Below, one piece after another: positions 1 through 14,201 of a DNA stretch of 64,000 bases. Below the pieces are notes generated by a model. It worked only from the letters and a program-made list of their open reading frames with translations, did not search any database and was not told the origin of the DNA. The stretch is from Amoebidium appalachense (taxonomy: Eukaryota > Protista > Ichthyosporea): contig CAVNZM010000005.1 of the NCBI GenBank assembly GCA_963693365.1, forward strand, positions 3,967,716 to 4,031,715, in the 5' to 3' direction. Every line of letters begins with the position of its first letter. Position 1 is the stretch's first letter. A program made the position numbers and the translations under genes.

Positions 1-46
1 GCGCTCCCTTGCACGTTTTATTAGCACAATTAGGACAGAGTAGCCC

Positions 47-2322
47 TTACCTACAGGCTTCAAAGCTAACACCACACACAGACACCACCCCCTGTGTCTT
101 ACCGATCTGTATAGCCACCCTAGAAGACAACACTTTCTGAGTCACCTGGAAGGTGTAATAGTACGGCCTGTATGACTTGCTAAGGGTGCCCACGCTGCGA
201 TTTGGGTTTAGAGGCTCAAAAAGCGGGACACCCGAATCGACAACTAATTGGAGCTCATCGGTTTCGATCGTCGATTTCGCCACAACTGTCAATCGGTATG
301 TTCCCGGCTCGAGGGGAACCAGACCAATGTATGTCAACTGAGCGTCGAAATATTTGTTGCTGATTCGATCGGCGAGCGCGGGGAGTTGGAACCCTATAGA
401 GCCATCGAGAGCGGGTACGCCTACAATAGGCAAGGGGATGTTATCTTTAACAACCAAAAACGAACCGGCGGGAGCATCCTTTAACACCGGGAAAGGGACG
501 CAAGTAGCCGGGAACGGCGGGGCCAAATCGGTGTAAATGCTCGGCTTCGGGCACATTCCATTGATCAAATTAGGAAATACGGTGGTAGCCGGGGCCTTTT
601 GTGTAACTGTCGCGGTCACTGCAGGGAGGGGTGTGGGAATGGCGATGGGAGCGGGAGCTGATACTGATACTGTGCGCACAGGGGGGGTGATGGTCTCTTT
701 AACGGTAACAACAACGGAGGAGACCGCTGTGCGTGTAATGGCCGGTGCTGTTTGGGTGATTGTCACGGGCGCGGGCGTGACATATACGGTGACGTTGGCG
801 GGCGTGCGCGTGATGATGACAGGCGGCGGAGTCATGGCGGGAATGCGTGTGGCGGTTTCCGTAACTGTGCGCGTGATTTCGCGTGTAATTTCACGCGTAA
901 TTTCACGGGTAACGGTCTGTGCCGGATCGGCTGAAGGGGAGGGGCGAGGAAGAGGGACAGACGTCTCTGCCAACAGCGAATACACGAGCCGATTAGGTGT
1001 ATCCGTGCGATTGCCCATATCCATAAGTCCGATTGTGGCGGTATTTAGGATATACTCTTTGACTTGGGCCGGGGTTGCATTGGGCTCCACACTAAGATAG
1101 TTTGCAACTATCCCACTCACGAGCGGCACGGCCTGGGACGTGCCGATGCGGGTGCGCGTTTCAGCATTTCTCCATGCTGCAGGGAGGGAGATAGTTGTGA
1201 TATATTGGTTGATGTCAATGATAGCCCTTGTTGTGTTTTCTTTCTAGCCATTGTTAACACGGCCATCTCTACCACGTCTACTGCATGGCATCACCTAATT
1301 TGTAGCCCTGTCTCTTTCCTACTTTTCCCTTACTTTCTTTCCGGGTGACCTATTCTGTTCTTTTCTCATCCATCTAACCCCCCCCAACCCCCCCCCCCTC
1401 AACCTCTTTCCTTCCCTCCTCCTCCAGGGAGCCTACCACCATGGCTGCATTGTTGTGTCACTGCATTCGCGCTTGTGAAAAAACGCGCGAGAGGAATAGA
1501 AGGGAAAGCGAGAAAATGAACACGAAAGTGGGTTGTGAAAATTTGTTAGTTTCTTAATGCTAGTGCGGGAAGTGTGGGAAAGGGCAGGAGCGTGCGCGTG
1601 CATGCATGTGTAGATGTGTGAATTCTCATTTTATGTTCTTCTTTTTGTCGCGGAGAGGGGGAGGGGGGGGGGGGGGGGGGGGGTGGCACGGGTTCCCCAG
1701 AATTTGTTCAGACATACGTACAAAAAATGCAGTGCACACGAGAGGGAGCAGTTGCACACACATATAAGCATTCAGGCCACACAACCCAAAATCGGGCATG
1801 CAGGGGAGAGGCGGGGCGAAGAAACAAGAAGGACGTCACCTACCCGAGAGAATATCCTCCCCAGGTGCAAGTATATCCACACACGGTCCGTAATTCGAAA
1901 ACGTCGAAATTTGGTCCTTGCGCCCAATAGACCCCACCGTAATTGTGCTCCTCATGCTCGCTGGGGAATAATTACACGCATTGTCCCCCTTATTTCCGGC
2001 CGAAGTTACAACTACAACCCCCTCCGCAATCAAACTCTCAACCATTCTTTCCAACGCTTCGGATTTAATCGAGTGAAGAGAAAGCGAAACGACGGAGCGG
2101 CGTGATTTGTCGCGTTTTGTCTTGATTGCTTCCAACCCGGCTAGGAATGCTGATACCGGGCCGTTACCTTCCTCCCCGACAATTTTGACTGCATAGAGTT
2201 GACACTCTTTGCAGAAGCCATAGGTGCGACCTGGGAGGGGAGAGGGGTGGGTGGGGTGGGGGGGGGGGGGGGGGGGGGGGGGGAGAGGGGCATGTGTGTT
2301 CTTGTGCGTGTGTGAATGTGAG

Positions 2323-2360
<38 letters not shown>

Positions 2361-2815
2361 CGTGTTTCTGTGTGAGTGGGTGGGGGGAGGTGGGGGGTCA
2401 CAAATAAACCCAGAAAGATCATGGTCACACAGCACGAAGTGCCGATTGACGACGGTATGATAGATACAATCTGGGTATATGGGGTAGACATAGAAGGGAA
2501 GAGGAGGGGGAGGGGGGAGGGGGAAGCAGTGGTGGCTGTGGTCGATATGTTTGTGTTGGGGAAGGGGGGAGGGGGAGGGGGAGGGTGGGGGAGCGGGGGG
2601 GGGTTCGGGATTGTTTTTAATGTTGAAATATTCATCGAATTGGTTCTTTTTGTCACCCTGAGGGGCAAGGAAATGACGGGGAATAGTAGCGGCTGAAGGC
2701 AAGTTGAGGGGAATCTGGAAGGTAGGTTACGGGAATGGGAGGGGTCTGGAGGCGCGTGTTTTTTTTTTTTTTTTCCTTTTTCTTTTCTTCTTTCTTTCCT
2801 TCTTTCTTTTTCTTT

Positions 2816-2867
<52 letters not shown>

Positions 2868-5192
2868 ACTTGATGTCTAAGAGAGAAACTTTTATGCCAG
2901 AGGGACGGGTTTAAACGATACATGATAGCTATCGTATATAGTTTTTAACCATTAGGGAACACCAAAGAAATGTATAACACCAAACACCTATACATGATAG
3001 CCAATCCTAAAAAGCCGATAAGTCATAACAGACCAAAAAAACAAAGATATGATTCTCAACCAGATGTATGCGTCAAAAATCAGGCATATGATAGACCGTA
3101 GGCTTTCAGTGGGAGTACAACCAACGCTATTGCTTATATATTTCTCTTGTGTGTTTGTGTGGTGCGTGTATGGAGCAGTGTTAACAAATGGGCGTGGTGG
3201 CGGTGGTGGTGTTGGGGGAGGGAGGAGGTATAGAATGTGTCTGAGAGCATTTAGTACACATCATAACAGACAACACAGCATAATGCACGGTGCAAACCAA
3301 ACAAAGAGCAGGCAAAATAAGCAAAGCCCACCCCAAGGGGGTGGGGAGGGTGGGGGAAGAGGGGGTTGAATGCGTTATTCAGTGAGAAGTGCACAGAAAC
3401 AACGGACAATTCATTCAACACGATGCAGAGAGCAAACCACACGTAAAAGAGTATGCATAATAAGCAGACCCCATCCTGGGGGGAGGGGGGGAGGGGAGGG
3501 AGGGAGGAGGGAGGGGTAAAGAGGAATTTACCCACCTCCAACCAATGCGGCCACGTGTGTACCGTGGCCGTTTGTGTCGTTTGCACTGCTGGTGCCATTG
3601 ATGTCGAAGAAGTAAGAGGCACGGCCACGAATTTCGGGGTGATCGATTTCGATCCCTGTGTCCACGCTGCAATATATATGTGGTGCGTGTGTGTTTAGAA
3701 TGGGATGGAGTAGTGTGTGTGTGTGTGTGTGTACGCGTGTGTACGTGTGTGTACGTGTGTGTGTGCGCGCGCGTGTACGTGCTTGTTTGTGTGAGTGTGC
3801 GTGCGCGCTCTGTGTGCACGCGGGGCATGCTTGTGTGTATGTGTATTATTTTTTTATATATGCAAATCAGCTAATCAGCGTTGCATTGATGTTCAATGCC
3901 GATGAGGGATCATGTGTGTGTTTGTATGTTTGTATGTGTGTGTGTGTGTGTGCACAAGATATCGGACAGCCCTAGTATGCAAAGCTGTCACACCGTGATA
4001 GCGTAGATGTATTGTTTTTCACATTATATAGAGCCCACACACATACGCAAACAGAGATGCACACAGAAAGGGTGGTGTTCCATCAAGCTCTTTTTTTTTT
4101 TTTCACGCGTGTTATGAATTTCGGGGGGATTATACGTGATGTGGCTAGGTTGATATCTGCAGTCAGAAAAAAAAATGAGGGATGCAAGGAGAGAAAAACA
4201 CTCAACGTTATGAAAGGGAAGGGAACGGGATGTGGGGAGGGGGGGGGGGGGGGGGGGGGGAGTTGAATGCGTCATAAAGTAGTTAGTAAACATGAACAAC
4301 GGATAACATGATGGAGAGTGCAAACCATACAGAGCCCATCCTCAGGGAGGGCCCACGTAATCCACAGTACCCAAGTTTCGACCCATTAACCTCGTCAACG
4401 AAACCCAGCTCAGATACTGTTTAACTTTAACATGGGTGGGCCGGGGGTAAAAGTAAAGAGCGGCAAACATTGAAGCAAAGACTAAACATACCACACAAAA
4501 GAAAAGAAAAAAATACACATACATTAACTAAAACAAACGTGCCGGCACAATAAAATTCAACAAAGCCACGGGGGAGTGGGTGGAGGAGAGGGGGAGGGGG
4601 GGGAGGGGGGGGGGGGGGGGTTATAAATACATGAATACATCGACACCTGTGCCGTTCCCCTTCCATGACGTCACTCCATCCAGCGGTAAACTGCAGGGAA
4701 AGAGCGGGATTTAATGCTTAGTCGTAAATTAGACTGTACATTAACCGCGATTGAGATCGAAATATGCCAGCGGGACAGGAAAGAAAGGGAACCAGGATCG
4801 CTACAAAATGAAGTCAAAAAAGGTGTTTGGGGCAGGGGTGTTTGGGGGTGTTTGGGGTTTTTAATTTTATTTTATTTTATTTTATTTATTTATTTATTTT
4901 TTTTTGGGGGGGGGGGAGGGGGAGAACACATACTGCAAGGATGGCTCCCAGTCATAAGCAGAGGTCAGATAAGCACTGTACGGTATATACAGAGGATTTG
5001 GATGGCAGTATGCTTTGTGGCAGGGTTGTGGTTATGTACATTTTCACTAAACTGGAACAAAGTTTAGTCCATGCACAGCATCCAATATCAGGCTAACCAA
5101 ACCCAAAGAGGCAGAGGCAAAACACAAAATCCGCGCTATAAGCATTGAAGTATTGGAATATGAGCGTGTGCCACTCGGATTTAAAAGTGAGC

Positions 5193-5245
<53 letters not shown>

Positions 5246-5995
5246 CAAAAAAAAAAAAAAAAAAAAATAGGAAAAGAAAATCCACCTCCGCTGGTTGACC
5301 CTGTCCAGGTACCACAACTTAGTCTCCACGGGTGCTGTCTCTTTCTCATCCTTGATGCTTGCAATAGACACCGCCTGGTTCATATCGTTGCCGTCCAATA
5401 CAGCCTGCTCCTGCTGGAAAGCCCTGCCCCCAAAGTTTAACCCTGCTTGAGAAACACCATTGTTTTCACTCTGCTCACCCGGATATCCCTGTTGTACTTG
5501 TTGCTGCGCAGGTGTTTCCTCTGTAGGTTGCTGTATGGGGGACCTTGCAAACGGTATCATGTCATTGGCGGCGCTTGAAACCGATCCCATGACCGATTGA
5601 ACTGACACCAGTGGTTCCTGTTGCCGACTTATCCGTGCAGGAGGTACCTGGTCCACCACAGAGCAGTATCTGTCCTGCTCTATCATGGAAACGATGGGCA
5701 TCTGTTGTACCTTTTGCAGTTGCTGGGGGGATAACTTTGCTGCTACCATTTGCACTGCGTCCATACGGCCGAGCAGTTGTGCTCTCAACTCCGGCCTGGT
5801 TTGGTCAGCATCATCATAGGTTAATTCGTTCACGAATTGAGTTATGTCGCTTTCTGATGCAGCTGGATTCAGCAAAATAATGTATTGGAATGGAATAGAT
5901 TCAACGGTAGCCCTCGTGACACGCGAAAGTGTGGTTGAACGGGCGGCTGCAGCCTGTGCCCAGAAGGCAAGGAGGCTGAGGATGTGAAGGCCCAT
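47..5995 (-). CDS. Secreted S8A subtilisin/proteinase K-like serine protease (signal peptide, I9-type propeptide, Gln-rich linker, catalytic domain, Thr/Pro stalk, C-terminal beta module); 5 exons
   Basis: Exons 5995-5286, 4690-4631, 3666-3536, 2230-1844 and 1176-47 are joined by phase-consistent GT-AG introns. The spliced protein reads WYLDRVNQRSLPLDG..GVDVFIVDTG (Asp), NGHGTHVA (His), SAGN (oxyanion Asn), FSNYGPCVDILAPG and GTSQA (Ser). The end at 47 overlaps a good donor (AG|gtaagg), so the gene may continue left of the window. Confidence 0.93.
4261..4445 (-). repeat. Intronic structured repeat family, full-length copy A (protease intron 2)
   Basis: Shares GGGTCGAAAC, CCTCCCTGAGGATGGGCTCTG and a 3' GCATTCAA end with the copies at 44861-45100, 47501-47637, 3362-3480 and 60628-60743. 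Long hairpin at 4349-4443. Confidence 0.75.
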
Positions 5996-7199
5996 CGTGA
6001 TTGTCGGGCCTCTTACTTAGAATTTTAACAAAAACGTGTGATGTGTGTGTGGGTGTGTGTGTGCGTTTGTACGATATTACGTGTGGTTGTGTGGGCGGGT
6101 GGACCGGTGGGTCGGTGCACGTATGGTGTGCGTGAGTATCTGTTGTAAGTTTAGACATGCACAGATGCACCTCTCAAAACTCGTGGTAGTGCCACTCTCA
6201 AAACTCGTGGTAGTGCCACTTTGATATAATTGGCCAAACAATAGATGCTTAGAACTGGGAGTTGCCAGAACTTGAAATGAACTGAATTTACGTGCAAGCA
6301 ATTAACAACTTGAATCACTAGCTGCGTGGAAGCCGGTGAATTGTGCGTTTTGTGGTGGCCATGTGGTGAAAATGACCTAACCAGTTGTAAGTGTGCATCC
6401 AGGTCAGTTAGCCCGCAATCTGCAATCTGGGCGAGAAGACGCAAATACCCAGAGTCTAAATAAAAAAATAAACGTGAGGTATAGCCTTTTTGCACCACGG
6501 ATGACGGTGCATTCACTATTTCTTTGACAAAATGAAGCACCACTGAAAGTAACGAACGCTTGTGAGATTACATGCTGTGACACAGATTATTTAGTCTGTG
6601 ACCGGCACTGCCCAACAAGCCTTTGGCAACGCCGCAACAACTTGAAGGACGGTCCGGGTCTCCCCAGACTGTTATTGTGTGAAGGACATACATGATTGGA
6701 CGTAACAGCATCAGCAAAGAGCCAATAACAATGCAGTGATAGATCACATTTACATACCGCGGCACCGTTGACTATTCTATTATCTGAAATCAATGGGGAA
6801 ATGTTGGCAGAAGTTCATTATATTGTGCATTAAGTGGCAGCGTTTGCCCAGAAAAAGGAAGAAAAATAAAAAAGGCTAGAGCTAGCATGTTTGTGAACGT
6901 GAGTAAAAAGCTTATTCATCAGAATCATCACATCCCCTTAGCTGTGCCGTAACTGCCGCCGTTCTACTGCACATCCAATCATTATTGCAGAATAAATCAA
7001 TCTCCATTCCTGAGCGTGTAACTTGACTGTGACCGCCGAACTCTCGCATCGTCAAGTAACACGTGTGTACACACAGCACAGTGCACGTGTGCATTGTCAC
7101 TGTGCAATAAAATGGAGGAAAAAGGAGTCAGGCAGGACAAATAAGGCGAAGGCAGGAAATGCTCTTGACCGCCCAGGCGACGTCACGGGCGCCCACATG

Positions 7200-8490
<1,291 letters not shown>

Positions 8491-8618
8491 TGCTATTAGT
8501 ATTCTTCAGTAATATAAACACTTTAATTTTTGATTATTATTTGACCAAAGACGGACTCCGGATCCCCCCTCCTCCCCCCCCCTCCCCCCCTCCCCCCCCT
8601 CCCCCTCCCCCCCAAACA

Positions 8619-8679
<61 letters not shown>

Positions 8680-8832
8680 CATGATCACCACCAACACCAC
8701 CATGGCCACCACTACTACACACACAATTTTGCAGCCAACAAGGCCTCCCCCGTCAAGGGTGACACTCCAATTGTGCGTGCACATGCCTGCTGATCATTCC
8801 TTGCGAACGGGAAATTTCCCAGTGTCCCCTGT

Positions 8833-8867
<35 letters not shown>

Positions 8868-8951
8868 CCTCCCTCCCTCTCCCCCCCCCCCCCCCCCCCC
8901 TCCCCCTCCGGCTGTCTACCTGAAAGCAGAGTGATTCTGCTTTTGCAGAAT

Positions 8952-9547
8952 GGGGGGCGGGTTGGTGCAATGGTAAGATCTCTGCGTGTCAAGCTCAAAG
9001 TCGCAGGATCGATCCTGGTTACTTCCGATTTTTCTGCCTCCGGTCTGGCCGCCCCCTAGAAGCCATCACCTCAGACCACGTCAAGCAGCACCACCAATTT
9101 GTTATCATCCGGCCGCAAGACATGACGTCATGAACAGCACCGGCCCTCTGACGTCGACCGCGCGCCGCTTGGGCATCCCAGCCCAACGTTCAAGTGGGAG
9201 ACCAATCCGAGTCACCGGCCACGGTTCGGGTCAGCGTCCTGGGCATGGGGTCTTCCCCTTTCAAGTCTTTATGTTTGTGTATGTGTCCCGGGTCGCTCCC
9301 GGCTGGTGTTGTTAAAGTGAGCTGTGCTCACTTCCCCACTAGCGTTGCTGCGGCTAGAACCGCGGGATAAGGCGTAACTAAAAATAGTGCCAGTTGGGGT
9401 CCGAATTAGAATCCTGACTTATGAGTGTGCTATACAGTACGATCTGTGTCTAGGCGGAAGACGGTAAGCTCCCCTGAGGCAGTGCCTCGCCGGGAGTGAA
9501 ATGGGATAAAATAAAAAAAATAAAATAATAAAAAATAATAAAAAAAA
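8952..9547 (+). mobile_element. tRNA-derived SINE, ~596 bp, with A-rich tail and 15-bp target site duplication
   Basis: A-box-like TGGTGCAATGGT at 8963-8974 and B-box/T-arm CAGG-ATCGAT-CCTG near 9004-9017. A 3' stem-loop lies at ~9468-9495 and an A-rich tail at ~9506-9547. CTGCTTTTGCAGAAT occurs at both 8937-8951 and 9548-9562. Confidence 0.85.
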
Positions 9548-10032
9548 CTGCTTTTGCAGAATAATTATGCAGAATATTTCTGCTTTTTGCAGAATAATTC
9601 TGCTTTTTGCAAGTTGACTCTGCCGATGTGGTTGGGTCCTTTCTTGCTGTGTACTAGTACTACGGCTTGCCAAGAGAGATTTATACGTACTATGGGGCAC
9701 CTATTGCCCACTAAATGCCATTAAATTCATGTGAATCCAACTGTGTTACCGGGGCCTCTGGCAGCCACTTGTATTGAATTTCAAATGAAGGCAACAATAA
9801 TGCCGTGAATTAAAATTTAATGTATCGGTCATGTTCAGGGTTTCAAGCAAAGACAAGAAGCAAAGGAACGTGTTGCCAATGGTGTGCATGTACGTAACGG
9901 ATATGTTCCCGCACTTGCGACCACCCAACAAATCAAAAACACACTGCATGCTGTGCACCTGCATTTTAGGTGTGACACCGATAAAAAAGTAAAAAAAATA
10001 GCTTATTATGGGTCATCCATTACTGCGCGGAT

Positions 10033-10079
<47 letters not shown>

Positions 10080-10126
10080 GGACACACCACATACGTGGAG
10101 TGTGGGGGGCTGGGGGGGTTTGGGGG

Positions 10127-10157
<31 letters not shown>

Positions 10158-10502
10158 GGGGAGGTGCTCTTTGGGGCACCAGTGGGCTCCAGCCTCCCAT
10201 CAGCCAAGGGGATTAATATGAGGACCCACCACCCATCCGAGCTGGTGTCCCCCCTCTCCCCCCCCCCCCAACTCCCCCTCCTCCCCCCCGGGGCTCCCTC
10301 TCACCGTCCCTGCTTGGAAGCTTAATATATGTGCATACGTGTGACGCGTGCCGCAGGATCACCCTATGCACCTTGTTTGTGTGAGTACGTATACATATGT
10401 GTATGATCGAGTTATCTGTACGTGTGGTATACGGCGTGTCATTTTGTGTAAACACGTCACGAGAAGGCCTATCTCTCTTTCCGAACTTGTCTGTGTGTGC
10501 TA

Positions 10503-10533
<31 letters not shown>

Positions 10534-10537
10534 TCTG

Positions 10538-10588
<51 letters not shown>

Positions 10589-11568
10589 TCGCGCACGCGC
10601 GCGCACAGTGCACATTTGTGCATGGTGGCGCAGTGTGTGCTCTTCCAAACAAAAAGGGCACCCAAGCAAGGCAACGCCTAAAAAAACGTAACAATCCTAA
10701 TCCCCCCCCCCCTCCCCCCCGTCCGAGAGCTCTCCCCCCCCCCCCCCCTCCCTTCCCCCTTCCAACGCGCAAAAAAAAAAAAAGGACACTCCTCCCAAAA
10801 CACACCCCTCCCACCCTCCCACACCATGCCGGGCCAAACGTGGGCCGGAAGGTGCCTGGAGAGAGGCGGGGGAGGGGGGGGGAAGGGGGGGGGGGGGGGT
10901 TAGGCCTGGCGAGGGGGGAACGGTTACAGGAATAACTGTGTGTATGTCTAGATCTCAGGATGTGTAGTTTGTCACGGATGTATGTGTGTACGGTTTGTGT
11001 GTGTAACACGTTGCACATGCATGGCCGGTCGACGCTTAGGCCAACATACATACTGCATAGCAACAGAGAGTCAAGGCAAATTACGGTCGCCCGGGCTCGT
11101 ACGTACATCTACGCAATTCCGAGGCCCCCTCTCTCCCTCCCCCCTCCCCCCTCCCCCTCCACCCCCCACCGCAAACCCAACCCCCCTCCCCCCATCCCAC
11201 CCACGTACCCACCCATCTACCCAAGCCCTACAAAAAGGGAACCCCCCAACTTGATGACAAATTGACCTCATACCCCACCACAGAAAAAGGTCTTACGAAG
11301 AGAGCGGGGGGGAGGGGGGAGGGGGGGAGGGGGGGGGGGGGGATGAGCGGTGTGTGCAGGGGGGTGGAAGGGGGAAAAGGGGGGGGGAGGGGAGGGGGAG
11401 GGGGCGGGATCCGTAGAGTTAGATAACTAACCGCAGCTGAGGAACCTTAGACGATACCCCCGATTTACCTAGATTTCACAGTGATTGTCCCCTGCAGGTG
11501 TCCAGGACACGGTTCGGGGTTGTAAATGATCCGGTGTTCTTTGAGATGGCGGTATACATATATATGCA

Positions 11569-11600
<32 letters not shown>

Positions 11601-12218
11601 CCCCTCCCCCCCCCTCTCTCTCTCCCCGCCCCCTCTCTCTCTGTCGCTCCTTAGCTTCTCTCTTTCTCGCCGTCCCCATTGATGCGTAAACGACTGTGTG
11701 GGTGAGTGGGTGAATGTGTGGGACCCGGTGGGTGGGTGGTGGTGATGGCGGTGGCCAAAGTGGTAGTCAGAGGGTATAGGGGTGAGGGGAGTGAGGTGGG
11801 AGGGGGGGGAGGGTGTGTGTGTGGGGGGGGGGAGGGGGGGAGGGGGGGGGGGGGGAGGGGGGGGAGAGAGGGGGAGGGGAGTCAGCGGGGCCAGGGAAGA
11901 GGGGAAGGGGGGGGGGGGGGGGGGGTCCACTAGGGAAGAAAGGGGACAATATGGATAGCGAGGGGACACGAGGCCAGGCATGCACAGCAGCGCAGAGGAA
12001 CAAACAAAGTTTCAATGACTATTTCGTATGCGAGGTTAAAGCTTGTTAGTCAGACTGGCGAGCAACCGTAAACAAAGAAATATATCGGTTGGCAATTCTC
12101 AGGCTGAAGCTATTGGGCAGATAATATTGGCACTGATGATCTGCAGCCGGGGAGGGGTTGAAGGTTTTTTAATTATTTTTTAATTATTTATTTTTTATTT
12201 TAATTTGGTGGTGGTGGT

Positions 12219-12254
<36 letters not shown>

Positions 12255-12837
12255 GGGGGAGGGGTTGGGGTTGGGGTTTGGGTGGGGATGGAGAAGGGGG
12301 GAGCCCCAAAGCAATCTGCAGGCATGCCTAAGTTGAAGGGTTATTGAAGGTGGGATATGCGGCAATATCAACGATGTAAGTACGCTTGTGTACATAGTAG
12401 TACCGTATTCTAATCATGAGCCAACAGCAACCACAGTACGGGTTGCAGTGGCTACAGAGAAGTTCACAATGGCTTGGCTGAAGCTTTAGCAAGACTATTT
12501 TGTTATAATTCCATGCTATGTGGTGGCATGTGGTGGCAGCTGATCATGAAGTATGATAAGGCCGATAATTGTTTGCGGTTGTTTCCATCTCACGATCTAG
12601 TTGAGTTGCCCTAGAGCACCGTGATTGGTGTGCACATCAGGCTGTATGTGTGCGGTATTAACTATGTCGAGTCTTTTTTTCTTTCTTTTTTTTTTTTTTT
12701 TTTTTTTGCTACGTGTTGCATTTTAGATTTCTTCCTGTGGAAGTAACTGGTATATCTCCGCGGGCTGTGTCCTTGCAAGTGAGTTACGTATACTGCCAGG
12801 GACACACACATGCACACCCGGCTTTCCAACCGGGGCC

Positions 12838-12924
<87 letters not shown>

Positions 12925-13097
12925 GGGGAAGGGGGGGCGGAGGGGGGGGGGGGGGGGGGGGGGGGCTGGGGGTTGAGAATTCGCTATAGCAGGCCGATTG
13001 ACAACATAATGATGATGATTTGAAGTGAAAGTGCACGTGCAAATCACACATAGAGAAATTCATAAATAATATAAGCGCACGGCGCAGGGGGAAGGTA

Positions 13098-13135
<38 letters not shown>

Positions 13136-13808
13136 AGGGGGGAGGGAGGGAGGGAGGGAGGGGGCGGAAAAAAAAAAAAAAAATTCTGCTCTACACTGTG
13201 ACAAATAAATCCAGATAACCACCCCCTTTACTCACTAACGGACCTGGTTCAAGTTAGTAAGTTATGTTACACCAAAGGTACACGAAAGTGCACAGCGAGG
13301 TTAATTGTTGAATATTGGCTTTAGGTTTTCTGGTGGTGTATACTTACGGTGTAGCAGTGAACTATACTCTTAGTAATTTAAAATCGTCATTCACAAAAGT
13401 CGAATATAATGGGGTAACTGTCACTTGGGTTGCATCACTAGGGCTCTTGTAATAATAATCTGGTTCTCGACCCATACAAGGAAAGTGTGTGAAATCAAAA
13501 CAATGAACCTTCTGGTGCCCCTACGTGTTGTGTGGGATAAGCACAAGATGGCCCTTCTAGGAATTCGTGTGTGTGTGCGTGTGTGTTGGAGGTGGGGGCG
13601 GGTGGTGGTGGTGGTGGTGGTGGTGGTGAGGGGGGGGGGGGGGGGGGGGGGGGACTCTATGCATTTCTGTATATGGTATGTATTTCGTGTGTGCTCACAC
13701 GCACGTGTGTATGGGTGCATGTGTAGGTTGTGCGCGTGTGCAGGTGTATGTGCACGCACGAATCATTACGGTGTGTGTATGTGCGGCCATGCACGCATGT
13801 GTGTGTCC

Positions 13809-13841
<33 letters not shown>

Positions 13842-13978
13842 TGTATGTGTCAGTAACGGTACCATTAATCATTACTTAGTAACAGTGGGTGCGTGTATGT
13901 GCACACGTGTGTTTGCGGGCGGATGTGCGTGTTTATGTGCGCGCTCAAGTTTCATGTTTTTGGGTGGGTTTCGGCTTC

Positions 13979-14036
<58 letters not shown>

Positions 14037-14163
14037 GGAGGGGGAAGAGGAGGAGGAGGAGGAGGCGGGGGAAGGGCGGAGGGGGCGCCACAGGAGGGGT
14101 TGGGCAAAAAAGCTTTCTACTCTTTTGTGTTGTATGTACATAGAGAATGAGGGAGCGAGAATA

Positions 14164-14201
<38 letters not shown>

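Noticed and set aside
537-1100. Plus-strand 187-aa Val/Thr/Ala-rich ORF, and 15340-15879
   Set aside because: Antisense shadows of real minus-strand coding exons.
6169-6220. 24-bp direct repeat CTCTCAAAACTCGTGGTAGTGCCA x2, and the 80-bp repeat at 43661, as CRISPR-like arrays
   Set aside because: Head-to-tail duplications without spacers in a eukaryotic context with no cas genes.
8952-9027. Functional tRNA-Asp(GTC) gene
   Set aside because: The acceptor and anticodon stems pair poorly, and the unit continues into a body, A-tail and TSD, so it is a SINE head.
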